A stretch of 64,000 bases of DNA from Camelus dromedarius (lineage: Eukaryota), in contig NC_087437.1 in NCBI RefSeq assembly GCF_036321535.1, positions 52,206,001-52,270,000 on the forward strand, written 5' to 3'. Each line of letters opens with the position of its first letter. The first letter of the stretch is position 1. Position numbers and translations under genes: made by a program. Below the pieces are notes generated by a model. That model saw nothing but the letters and a program-made list of their open reading frames with translations, was not told the origin of the DNA and searched no databases. This document shows, piece after piece, positions 24,850-36,744 of the stretch.

Positions 24850-26120
24850 AAGGCAGCGCCAGCCCGTCGTCCGGCGCGAGGGCAGTTCCCGCCGCTCGGA
24901 GCCCAGGACAGCCCCGGCCTGCGGCAGAGAATCCCCGGCCCAGCCTGGAGTCCCCCAGGCCGCAGAGTCCCGGCCTCGACCCCAGAGAGCCCCGCGGACG
25001 CCCCGGGACCGTAGCGGAAGGTAGGGAGACGCGGCTCGACTTACAGTGACACCATCCTAGGTGACAGCACCAGTGCAGCTTGAAGCACTTGCCATGGCTG
25101 TGCGTGGCACAGATGGAGAGCCCGTCGCACGGCTGGAAGTCGGGTCTCCGAGCGGCGCAACTCCGCGCCAGGGCCTGAGCCTCGTCCACTTTCTCGCTCT
25201 TCCAACCGCGCTCGGGCGCCGGCGCCGCGGCCGCACTCATTTCCTCTCCCTCCGCGGAGCCGAAACCGGGAGCTCGGGACAAGCGACGTCTGGGCGGGCA
25301 GGAAGCCGAGCTGGCTGCGGACGCGGGAGGGCGCGGCGCGGGACGGGAGTCACGCCAGCGCGTGGCGATGGCGGTGGCGGAGGCGGTGGCGGCAGGAGCG
25401 CGGCGGTTCCAAGATCGAAGAGGAGCCGCCCCGGGCGCTGCGACCGAAGGCTGCGCTTGCCACCGCCTCCCTCCCTCCCTCCGCCGCGGCGCGCGCCGCT
25501 CCCCGAGCACACGCACGCGCACACGCGCGCACCGGCCCGAGCAGACGCCACGCGTCCCTCCGCCGGCCCCGCCTCCTCACACGCGCCCGGCGGGGAAACG
25601 CGGTCGTCGGTGTCCTCCCCCTCACTCAGTCAGTCCCCGGAGACTGACCCCGATCGACGGAGGGCCCTTATGAACACACATCCGCCTCGGCGGCTCGGTT
25701 TTCACGTGCACGCCAGCTTACACGCACACTTCCCACACACAGTCCCCTCCAACACACATGTCCACACGAGAGCTGTGCACACTGAGGAAACGCCCGCCCG
25801 GACGTCCAGTGGGCTGGTCCCTGCGCATCTGCGAGTGAGATTTTTCTCACATGCACAGTCTCTCCCCACACGCGGCCCACAGGGCCGCATACGCGCCCCC
25901 CAGAGTGTCTGGCCATGCAGGCCCCGGGGCGCGCAAACGTGCACACACGCGTGTTACCCCGGGGCTGCCTCCAGCTCCCAGCGCGGCCCCTGGGGCGCAC
26001 ATCCCGGCTCTGCTGAAGGCAGCCAGATCTGCGTGGCCCGGTGGTTACCACCACCACCAGTGGTCTCTGTCTCGCCTGGGCTGCAGCCCCGCCTTGCTGA
26101 GCGGGAGGTGGGGGGGCGTA
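24850..26120. promoter_or_regulatory. CpG island / promoter and 5' UTR of C3orf70
   Basis: Very GC- and CpG-rich relative to the AT-rich flanks. Sp/KLF box GGCCCCGCCTCC at 25565-25576, E-box CACGTG at 25703-25708, degenerate GCC-hexamer run at about 25363-25395 in the 5' UTR. Confidence 0.9.
25045..25240 (-). CDS. C3orf70: C3orf70 homolog (UPF0524 protein), coding part of exon 1; exon 2 lies left of the window
   Basis: ATG at 25240 encodes MSAAAAPAPERGWKSEKVDEAQALARSCAARRPDFQPCDGLSICATHSHGKCFKLHWCCHLGWCH (65 codons + 1 nt), recognisable as the C3orf70 N-terminus. Phase-1 donor CACT|GTAAGT at 25044-25039. Lies in a CpG island. Its position next to EHHADH matches known mammalian synteny. Confidence 0.95.
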
Positions 26121-26164
26121 GAGGAGGGGAGAAAGTAACCCAGATGGGTGCTGGGGGTGGGGGA

Positions 26165-26660
26165 GGTGTGTGTGAAATATTCGTGTGATGCAGGGGAATG
26201 GTATGTGGAATGTGTGTGTGTGTGTAGTTTGCTGTGTATGTGATGTGTGAGTGTATATACTTGTTATGTGGAGTAGGTGTGGTGGGTATGTGTTTACAGT
26301 TGAATATACTGTTAAGTATGCACACGGTACATGTGTGGTATGTGTGATGTGTTTGTGGACTATGTGATCTGAGGTGTGTGTTTACGTGTATGTGGTATGG
26401 ATGCATATGAACAATGTGCAGTGAGTGGTGTGTTTATGTGCGGTCGGGTATATGTGCTGTGTGTGGTATGTGTAGCTGAGTTTGTGTGTGTATCCACGTG
26501 TACGTAGGGTGTGGTGGGCATGGTTGTTATATAGCATGTGTGTATGTGTGTGTGGTATGTGTGTGGCAGTGTGGTACATGTGACTGGCATGCCGAGAGTG
26601 TGTGCATGGTGTATATGGGTGGAGTTGGGTGTGTGTGGTACATGTGGGTGTGGACACACA
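26165..26660. repeat. About 500-bp degenerate (TG)n-rich low-complexity tract upstream of the C3orf70 promoter
   Basis: Continuous TGTG/TGGT/TATG variants, seen directly. Confidence 0.9.
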
Positions 26661-27773
26661 AACAGGACTCTTGTTTTCCGTGGAGTCCTTGTGTGCCTTT
26701 GTGTGTTAATGCCTGCCCTGGCCAACATGTGTGCCCTGGTGGCGGCTGCAGCTCTCCTACCCAATCAGCTTGCCTTCTTCCCTCCTGGGGACAAGTTACC
26801 CCAAATAGATTTTCCATGCCAGGCTCAGCTGTTGAGAACCCACCGCAGGCAGGGTTCAGTGAAGAGAAAACAAACCATTTGTTCCCAGGGAGCATGGCTG
26901 GGAATTAGTGTTTCCCTGCAACAAGGCCAGAACCCAGCCTTGAACACAGAAAAGGAGGGGACCTCCTCTTACTATTTGCCAAATGTTTTTCAGAGCGGAG
27001 GAAAATGCCTGCAATTGTCAAGGTTCAGGGAACAACAACAAAGCCTTTCAGCACAAATGCTGTGGGGGAACATGTTTATGCCCTGGTCCACTTTCTCTGT
27101 TACTTTATTCCTTTCCTGCCTTGCAATGACAAGGAGACTCATCATGGTTTTCAAATAACCAAATTCATCTCCAAGCTCTGAAAATCCTTGCTACCATAAG
27201 CAATCATCCGTTTTATTTAAACTTGGCTTAAGAAGGGAAATGTAACTTGCATATGTATGACTCTAGTGAAGTCTTCATTTATAAGGATTTGAAGAGACTC
27301 AATTTGGTGGCAAAGGTATTTTCAAGAGAGGTCTGAATCGAAGTCTCAAAATATGGTCCCCCTCCCATAACCTAACATTGAAACAGTTAAAAACATGAAG
27401 CATCATGTCTTCAGCTTCAGCCCAGGCATACTGCTCCCCCCTCAAAAAAGTCCCAAGGAAGTACATCCCTGGCTCATGAAATTTATCCATCCCTGTTGTT
27501 CATTTCACAGCCTGACCCACCTCAGAATAACATGAATAAAAGGAAGAGAAAACTTAAAGAAATCCATAATCCATTATTGCTGTAGCAAGCCAAACCAGAA
27601 TTTTTCAAACAAAAGAGGATTCCCATCTCTCCTACCCTATTTTCCTCCTTCTCCAACCCATAAACTCACTCCAATACTGTCTGTGTTATATAAGGTCTTC
27701 TGACACAGAATTCTTTCAGTATTTTAGTAACTGATATTTGAACAGAATCCTTCCACTGGTTTTTACTCTAGGG

Positions 27774-27843
27774 GTTATAAAATTCTACTATATATGAAAC
27801 CATGTCATGTTATAAGATTCTACTATATATGAAACCATGCCAT
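27774..27843. repeat. 35-bp tandem duplication
   Basis: GTTATAARATTCTACTATATATGAAACCATGYCAT twice (33/35 identical). Confidence 0.95.
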
Positions 27844-28104
27844 CTTAACTAGTGAAAAATGAGCACGAGAAATAACATGATACAGGAGGAAAGGTAAATT
27901 ACCCAAATACCCTCTTTATGTTAGCCATATGATTTGAAGCTGAGAAGACTTTACATTTTCTATAACATAAAACTCATTCCATTCCCTTGCCCTAAAGATG
28001 TTATTAACCTCTATTGTCTGTAATGGAAGCAGGAGGTAAATGTGCTGTGACCTCTCAAACCATATACACACAGCCTTCAGGATGTGTTGTTGGGATGCAA
28101 GTTT

Positions 28105-28375
28105 TTAAAGTTTTATTATGGAAAATGAAACATATACAAAAGTAGAGAGACCAGTATAATGAACCCGCGTGCATCCACCACCTGGTTTCAACAATTAGTA
28201 ACTTGGAAAAATCTTGTTTCATTCATAGCTCTGCCCACTCATGACACTTACCCTGCTACTGGATTATTTTGAAATGGATTCCCAGACATCATATAATTTC
28301 ATCCATAAATATTTTAACAACTATCTCTAAATGAACTTAAAAAAAACCCATAATCCACAATACTATTATCACATA
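28105..28375 (-). mobile_element. Old L1 (L1MC5/ME-like) 3' fragment
   Basis: TTTTATTATGGAAAATGAAACATATACAAAAGTAGAGAGACCAGTATAATGAACCC... Confidence 0.65.
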
Positions 28376-28839
28376 TCAGGGTACAGTATGACCATAAATA
28401 TGAACTTGTTCTATAGCTGCTGACCACCTGTCCAGCTCCCCTTTAAGAATGCCGTTCCCAGTGTCTGCAATTTTCCTCTTTCCCACCTCCTTCTCTTTTG
28501 CCTACCTCTTCGGTTTATCTGCCATTTTCTCCAGTTTTCTCTGACCAACCCAAACTAAGTTATATACACACTTCCTTCATATCACTTAATTTTAAACAAT
28601 TAAAGAAGGAATTATTGAACTCATCCCCAACCTCCCCTGCTACAAAGCGCAGGCTCCTTGAGGGCAGAAACATGGTCTCTGTCTTGTTCACCATATTGTT
28701 CCCAACATGTAACACAGAGAATAAATCACTGTTGAAGTAGTGAAAGTTACTCCATCTCAGACTCCCAAAGGCTGGAAAAAGTCCATTTGTGATAAGTTGT
28801 TTATAAATATGTGTGAATAATTCCTATAATTACTTTTCC

Positions 28840-29837
28840 TGTAACCACACCCCTGAATATTCCCCTTCCACACAGACTCTGAGGTTAGTTATGTGTATTA
28901 GTTATCTACTGCTACATAACAAATCACTCCCAAATTAACACAGCAGTTTCTGTGGGTCAGGATCCCAGGCATGACTTAGCCAGGTCCCCTCCTTACAAAG
29001 TCTCATACGGCTGCCATGATGGTATGGGCCAGAGCTGCATTTGCACCTGAAGTGTCAACTGAGGAAAGGTCTGCTTCCAAGCTTACTCACTGACTGTTGG
29101 CAGGATTCGTTTCCTTAAAGAACTGTTGGGCTGAGGGTCTCAGTTCCTCATTGGTTGCTCATTGGAGGGTACCCTTAGTTCCTTGCCACCTGGGTCTCTC
29201 CATAGGGCAGCTTGCTTCACCAGAACAAGCATGTAAAAAGTCTTTCATAACCTAATCTCAGAAGTGATAGCCCATCATTCTTACCATATTCTATTCATGA
29301 GAAGTAAGTCACTAGGTCCAGCCCTCACAGAACGGGAGGAGATTACACATAGACATGAATATCAGGAGGCGGGAATCACTAGGAGCTACTTCAGAAGCTG
29401 CATAGCATGTCATGCGATTTGCTTTAGCCAATAGGAGAATAGCAAACACGACACAGCAAAGATTTCCCCAAAAAACATGCTCATTGGGACTTGCCTTTTC
29501 TTTCTGTGCTTGGAACTGTGAGACCAACAAGTGTACAAGCCTGAGCAAGCCTGCTAGAGGATGAAATGCCTTGTTGGGGAGAATGGAGGTGCCCCCAGTA
29601 GACAATCCCCCACCGATGGTCTACTAACCACTAGAACTATCAGTGAGGCTATACTAGATCATCCTAGTGCCACCAGCTGATCACAGAAGCATGAGAAAGT
29701 CTGGTCAAGCTCTGCTGAGCCAGTCCTGACCAGAACAGCCACAATGACACACTACAGAATCAGGAGCTACATAAAATAGCTGTTTTAAGCTGCTAAATTC
29801 TGGGTAGTTTCTTATAGAGTGAAAACTAACTGATACA
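28840..29837 (+). mobile_element. MaLR (MLT1) solo LTR containing a nested antisense MLT1F-like LTR (28894-29409)
   Basis: The outer LTR GACTCTGAGGTTAG(TTATG)...CGATTTGCTTTAGCCAATAGG...AACTAACTGATACA is split by an inner element starting TGTATTAGTTATCTACTGC. 5-bp TSD TTATG (28889-28893) / TCATG (29410-29414). Confidence 0.8.
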
Positions 29838-30509
29838 CCCACAACTCTCATGGTGTAGGCAAAGTAATTGAGGATTCAAAAGGCTAAGTGACTCGCTTAG
29901 TGTCACAGTGCAGCAGGCACACTGAGAAAAGTTCTCTAGGACCGGACGTCAGAACGCTGCAGATGGTTCAAGCCTAAACTCTGCTGTTTTCTGGCGGGAG
30001 GCCTGCACAAATCCCTTAAGCTTCCTGGGCTTCAGTTTCTTTATCAGTAGAACAAAAAGAAGGTTTTTTCAGAACCTCTCTTACCACTCAAAAGTATGAC
30101 TTGTCCACTTGGTTTTAGATCGAGCGAGGGTTACAATCCTTTTGGTTCAGATGTCATTTGTGAAGAGTCAGTTATTCCCTTCCCATTTAATTGCTCATAT
30201 TTGTCTAATACTAATATAAGTGTTGTCTATGCACACCAACTATTCTGAACACTTTGATAGATCGAGTCATTATAAATCAGTTACTTTTTGGTTGCCTGAT
30301 CGAACCAAGCAACTAATTCCACTGTGGTTATAAATAACCTGCTAGCAATTGGTCAATTTGTCATATTAAAGCAATTAGAATGATGAAGTGGATGGAGAAG
30401 CTTCCAAATGAGGTGCAACTAAATTAGAAGTCTTCTGTGCGGAGGGAGGATGCCTCTTTAGCATTGCTACTGTCATGATTCAGACCCTCATCATCCCTTT
30501 TGGTATAAA

Positions 30510-31230
30510 AGGAATAGCAGCTTTGGAATCAGAATGAAATCAAAGCTCAGCTCCACTACTATCTAGCTGAGTGATCTTGGACAAGTGATTTAGCCTAGTC
30601 TCTTAAATGAGAATTATAATTTCTACCTCATATACCTGCAATAAACACTAAATATGACAACATGTGAAGAGACTAGCACTGTATCTGGCACATTGCAGGT
30701 CCTCAGTAAAAGAACCTCCAAATGCCCTGCACGTTTACAGACTCTCTAATCTTTACTATGCTGAGAAGAGGTCTCTAAAACATAAGTCTGATCAGAACAT
30801 ACCTGGCCTTAAAAACCTCTGCTGCTTCTCACTGCCTACTGAAAACAATTCAAACCTTTGTAGGCTACACAAAGCCTTCCCCGCCTCTTCTCCAGCTACC
30901 TTGCCCCAGGCCTCCAAATCTTTACCTTCCTTGGTTTTTCATTTTGTTTCTGGACATGTAATACGCTTCCTGCCTGCGTCTGTGCCTTCCCCCATTCTGT
31001 TCCTTTTGCCTTGAATTGCTGCCCCCCTTTATACATGAAGAATTTCACCTTTCCTTCACATTCCAGCTCAAATGCTACTTGAAGCCTTTTCTTAGTTCAC
31101 TCCCTCCTCCACACTCAAGGACGTGCTGTGCCTCCCACTTGGTATCTCACATCGCGAGGCAGGTACTGTGTATTTCCAGTGCTTGGCATTGTAGGTACTA
31201 GAAGATACTCAAATATTTTTGAGTGGACAC
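30510..31230 (+). mobile_element. MIR followed by L2 fragment
   Basis: GCTTTGGAATCAGAA...TAGCTGAGTGATCTTGGACAAGTGATTTAGCC; CTAAAACATAAGTCTGATCA...CTTAAAAACCTC. Confidence 0.6.
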
Positions 31231-31452
31231 ATTAACAGCTTTATGACTCCAAAGTCATAAATAGTATAGAAAGGCAAAACATCTGTTTTATTAAAGCCTA
31301 AGCCCCCAGAACTAGCAGATTCCTATGAAGCCTTTGAAATTAAAAGAAGCCTGGCTTAACAAACTGGCTTGTAATCTTACCGAATGTCTTACCTCTATAG
31401 GAGAGTGACCCAGGCTGCAACAACTCTAGACTCTAAGAAGTATTTTAGATGT

Positions 31453-32156
31453 TGTAAGAATAGAGAAATATTCGTAGCCCTTCCCTAACCTCCTGGTATT
31501 GCACCATGAAGGACAGCTTTTCTGCAAAATATCCCACTGTACCACCATGAAAGGCAAAACAGGAAAACAGACAGGCCCTTGAAACCGAGCAGGACCCTGT
31601 GGGGCCTTCCTGCATACAAGCCCCTCTGTGTCCCATGCTTCAGGTTTGGCCTTCCCCAAGTTCCAAAAAGCAGACTCAAGCAGTTAACGATTAGAAGAGA
31701 GTCACAGGACACCTAGTTCCTCCTGAAGGGATAAAGATAACAATCTGATGCATATTTTTTACTTATTCTGCAGAAACTAAGACCCCCACCAGGTGGAGGA
31801 TGGTGATTACATGCTGACCACAAGCACGTAGACCCCAGAACTTGTTGGAAGGCTGATGATTTCAGATTCCTAAACATCACCCTGCTACCTCACCACCAAC
31901 TGATCAGAAAAATGTCCAGCAGTTGATCACCTACCCTGTGACCCTCACTTCTCATGTTACCTTTAAAAACCCTCCCCTAAGAGCCATCTGGGAGTTCGGG
32001 TCTCTTGAGCACTAGCTGTCCATTCTCCTTGCTTGGCACCCTGCAGCAAACACTGGGCTTTCCTTTACCACAACCCGGTGTCAGTAGATTGGCTTTGCTG
32101 GGTGTTGAGCTGAGTTTGGTTTTGCTGTGTGTTGAGCTGAGTTTGTTTTGGTAACA
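31453..32156 (+). mobile_element. ERV1-class solo LTR (5' boundary approximate)
   Basis: TATA-like CTTTAAAAA (31961-31969), R-like GGGAGTTCGGGTCTCTTGAGCA...CTCCTTGCTTGGCACCCTGC, U5 CCGGTGTCAGTAGATTGGCTTTGCTG, ending GGTAACA. Confidence 0.7.
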
Positions 32157-33535
32157 CCTCAAGCTTGTCCAAAACTGCATTTCCTGTAGTATTTCTAAAG
32201 TAGTGGATGTTTGTGGATCATCTTGATATGATTTTCAAAATTCATTCTATCCCTTAGCTGTTGTTTGAAGAGACGCAGCAAGTTTTGTTCCAATTTGTTT
32301 TATCCACTAGAGAAATATTTTCATCTATGAAAAAATTTTTGTGGACAAATAGACCTCCAGAGTAGCTTTTGAATATGAAAGGGGAGGGCAAAAAGGCCTG
32401 TGATGAATGTGCTGACCCCTGGGGGCATCAGGATACACCCTCAGTGTTCGAGCCCAATAACCACTGGACTTTTCCTGAGTAATGTGATGTGACACTAATA
32501 GAAGTAGGATCTGGGTCAATTTTGTGCTCCAGACAACACAACCCTTCTTTATGCTCTGATGGTTCACCCTTACTTCTGGAAGCAGTGGACCTATCATAAT
32601 TTTGAAACAAGAACACTTTGGCTTCTGCTAATGGTAGGATAATACACACATTCTGCCATTTCCATTTAAAGAAAAAAAAACCTTTTTATTGATGATTGGC
32701 AATTAAAATAATTCGTCTTTAATTAGCTCATTTCAGTAAGCAGCAAAAGGCTAAAATGACAGTGACGAGCTATCGGGAATACAATGACTGACTCATGGAT
32801 TATAAATGAGGCAGCCAAGGTACCACACACCACACATGAAGATGCTGAGCTGTGGTCAGCTCTCCATCCACGCCCAGGACACCAAGCATTTAGGCAGTGC
32901 CCAGCAGACAGTGCTGGGCTCATTAATCCACTCCACAAATAGCTGTTGAGTGTCTTCTGTGTGCCAGGCTGTGGGCTGGATGCTGGAGATATTTAGAGAG
33001 GAGACATAAACCAAGAATAAAAGTACAAAAGGTAATTGCTTTGATTAAGGAATTTAAACAAAGTACAATAGAAAAATGAGGGAGAAACAGATAAATCTGC
33101 CTGGAACCATCAAAAAATATTTCACAGAAAGGATGAGCTGGTGATGCAGTCAAGCTGAGGTGGGGTATTATGGGAAAGCAAACAGCACACATGCAGGCAG
33201 GAAAGGCAAAGGATCATTCTGTAAGTCTGTCTCTCTTGAAAGTAATATGGGCCTGACAGCAGTCAGACGAGGGATGGAACTGGTAGGCAGGGGCCAAGTT
33301 TCATGAAAAGCCCTGCAAAGTTTAGGTCAAATCCTCCAAACCAGTAGTTTTTGAATACCTTTCAGCTAGAAGCACTTTGTTTAATGGAAATCCTGATCAG
33401 AAAGCACAAATGAAACACACTTTTACGTCCAGCCGCTCCCATTGAAGCTGATGCATGTTGATGGGGAATGCTGGGGCCTCATTTGTTTGCAACCACGGCC
33501 ACAGCAGAGTGGAACCACTGCTTCAGGAGAGAAGT

Positions 33536-34056
33536 TGTGGGGGGCAACTTCTGACGTGGCACCCAATGGTCACCGCCTCCTGGTATTCACACTCTGCCTA
33601 ATTTCCTCCCTTGAGTGTGGACTGGACTTAACAGCTCCAAAAGTAATGATGGACTCACTTCCAATTTTGAGTTACAAGGACTGTGGCTTCTGTTGTCACA
33701 ATGTCTCTCTTTCTCTTTCTGTCAGACATCTCCTTCTGAGGAAAGCCAACTGCCATGTTATGAGAGGCCCTAAGGAAAAGCCCACATGGGAAGGAACTAA
33801 CATCTCTGGCCAACAGCCAGTAAAGCCCTGAGGCCTCCAGCTACCACATGAGTGAGCCTGAAAGTAAATTCTCCCAATTGAATCCTGAGATGAAACTGTA
33901 GTTCTAGCCAACACCTTGACTGCAGATGTGAGAGACCCTGAGCCAGCTGAGCTGCACCCAGATTCCTGACCCACAGAAACTGTGAGATAATACATTTTTG
34001 TTGTTTTAAGCCTCTAAACTGTAGGGGCCATTTGTTATGCAGCAGAAGATAATACA
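33536..34056 (+). mobile_element. MLT1E/F-like MaLR solo LTR
   Basis: TG...CA ends; CCTCCTGGTATTCACACTCTG...CCCTTGAGTGTGGACTGGAC; GATTCCTGACCCACAGAAACTGTGAGATAA...TTGTTTTAAGCC. Confidence 0.85.
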
Positions 34057-34457
34057 AGAGCCAATGAGAAATTCTGAGCCCAGAATGACAGGATCAAATG
34101 TGCACTTTAAATGTTAATTCTGGAATGACCCAGAAGGAGAAATTGAGCTGGACAAGACCAGAGATAAGACAATTTCCAGCCCAGGAGGGAGAGAGGAGAC
34201 CACCATCTGAGCAGTCATCTGCAGCTGAAGGAAAAGAAAGGGAAGTCCTGTGATGTAAAGGCCTTGTAAACTGCTCCCTTTAGCAGGAACTGTGGGTGGA
34301 TAGTTTCCCACAAAAGGAACTGTGGGCGTGGAGGCACCGTGACTGACGTGGCTGGTATAGTGCACATGTGAGTGTGTGTCCCACAGACACTGGGAGGCTG
34401 GGGGTGCCAGGACAGATCAGAAATATGATATTGTTATTTCAGAAGTCGGTATGAGAA

Positions 34458-34970
34458 TAATATTCAGCCATAAAAAAGAAGGAAATCCTGCCATTTGCAA
34501 CAACTTGGATGGAACTTGAGGGCATTATGCTAAGTAAAAGAAATCACACAGAGAAAGACAAATACCTCATGATCTCACTTATATTGAAATCTAAAACAAA
34601 AACACCATTCCCCAACTCATAGGTATAACAGGTTGGTAACTGCCAGAGGCAAGGGCCGGGGGTGGGGAGTAGAAGAAATTGGCAAAGGGAGTCAAAAGAT
34701 ACGAACTTTTAGTTGTAAGATTAAAAAGTCATAAGATGTCATGTTCAGCATAGTGACTATAATTAATAATACTGAATTGCATATTTGAAAGTTGCTAAGA
34801 GAGAGAATCTTAAAAGTTCTCATCAGAAGAAAGAAACATGTAACTATGTTTAGTCATGGACGTTAACTAGACTTACTGTGGTGATCATTTCATGACTTGT
34901 ACGTAGAGCAAATCATTATGTTGTATAGTGAAACTAACATAACTTTACATGTCAATTATGTCTCAAAAAA
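34458..34970 (+). mobile_element. L1MA9-like 3' end
   Basis: TATTCAGCCATAAAAAAGAAGGAAATCCTGCCATTTGCAACAAC...GTCAATTATGTCTCAAAAAA. Confidence 0.85.
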
Positions 34971-36261
34971 GTCAGAATGAAACTAGTTGCAGGAAGATGA
35001 CATGTGACTTTGCAACACTGGAATCTTCCTCTAGGAGCTCCTCTTTTCCCTCCATCCCCAATGGATCAAGTACAAAGAATCATCAATGCAGTTAGTTCTA
35101 AACATTATATCTATGGTGGTTTCCTTTATGTTCTTTATATAGCTGCTTAGGAAATGAATCATTTCTCCACCCCAGCTTGAAGAGGACAGGATGATGCTTG
35201 CTTGCTTTCTCTACCACTCATTGCTACTTGGCCTGGGTGTATACGTGTGTGGTATCTGGGGCACCACTGTTACTCCAGTCCTGAGCAGAGCTAGTTCATC
35301 TAGGCTGAAATAAGGGTAAGACCGAGGCTGCTTCTCCTCATTGGCAGCTGGCTTTCCCCAGGGAACTGCAATCCTCTGTTTCCTAGAGACAGAGCCAAGC
35401 CCCAGTGGCAGCTGCTGTGATTTCCAGGAAGTGCTAGCTGGGGACTCCACCATCCTCGCATCACCCATGGGTTCCCATCCAAATGCACATGTTCCTGTTT
35501 GGAAGCTGAAGGTGTAAATAGCTTCGAAAGTGATTCAGAGGAGAGATTTGTGGATTCATAGATTGTCAGGATTGGCTAAGTAAAACTTGTCTTTTATTAC
35601 TCAGGCAAATGCAATCATGGAAAAGTGGTGAGGTAACTTGCCCAAGGCCATCAAACCACTCATTCCACAACCTATCCTCGTGGAGAAGGAAATAGAAACC
35701 ATACATCGCGATTCTCAAACTGCTGCTCTTTCTTCTACCATTGAGGTGTGAAGAGGAATTGGCTTCTGCTTTTATGCAATTTACATTTTGATTACTCCCT
35801 TTCACTCTCTACCCACAGTTGGTTATTAGGGCGATGTTCCGATACCACAATTTTATAGGCAAGGACCCAGCAATGCCAAGCCCTGCTCTGCCTGCCACTG
35901 CCCTTTCCCCTTCCTACCAGGCTCCAAAGAAGCTAAGCACAATAAATAACCATAGACTATGAAATAAAAGACCGCAGTATTAGGAGGGCCTAGGTGGCCA
36001 GACGCCGACGTAGAGCTCTCTGGTGAAAAAGTGGGGCCTCCTTCCTCTTGGGACATCCCTGCCCTCTGACCATAGGCAAAGAGGAAGCAGTCTAAGAAAG
36101 AGGGGAACTATATGGCCAGGTTTGTGCAACAGGCCTTGACTTATTTGCTCCCCCAGATGCATATTAGGATGAAAGCAGAAGAGTGAAGAGACTGACTAGG
36201 CCTGATCCATCTAGAAGTGAGGCAGGAAAAGAGGAGTGCGTGGGTTCACACCCTTTAGTGA

Positions 36262-36744
36262 ATGTAGCCTGTTTTCATCACCTGGTGCTGTATAACAAAT
36301 CATTCCGAGACACAGTGACTTACAGCAAGAATCACTGGTTATGCCTTGTGGTTTCTCTGGGTCAGGAAGAACTCAAGGCACAGCACAGATGGCTTCTCTC
36401 TGCTCCACGATTTCTGGAATCTCCACAGAAGACTTAAAGGATGAGGACTGGATCTGTCTGAAGGGGCATTCAATCACATGTCTGGTGGCTGGTGGTCAGC
36501 CCAAACACTCACACATGGCCTCTCCATGTGGCCAGCCAAGTGGAAGTCCTATGAACCTTTATGACTCAGCCTCAGAGGTCATGCAGCCTCACTTCTGCTA
36601 CATTCAATTAGCTAGGGCACTTACAAAGGTCCACCTGGGTTCAGAGGGAGAGGACAGACCCCACCTCATGATGACACATGTTAACATCACTTTATAAAAC
36701 AGCATGAGAGATGAGAGAGTTTTGGAAAATACAGTCTTCCACAC
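36262..36744 (-). mobile_element. MLT1G/H-like MaLR LTR
   Basis: TGCTGTATAACAAATCATTCC...TCTCTGGGTCAGGAA...TTGGAAAATACAGTCTTCCACA. Confidence 0.7.

Noticed and set aside
25241..25522. 94-codon N-terminal extension of C3orf70 in the ORF track
   Set aside because: It starts at a non-ATG codon in the GC-rich 5' UTR. The known protein begins at MSAAA.
25061..26188. 375-aa plus-strand ORF and other long overlapping ORFs in the CpG island
   Set aside because: Low-complexity Arg/Gly/Pro/Ala products, expected from stop-codon scarcity in GC-rich DNA. No recognisable domain.
25954..27158. His/Thr- and Cys/Val-rich ORFs
   Set aside because: These are translations of the degenerate (TG)n/(CA)n tract.
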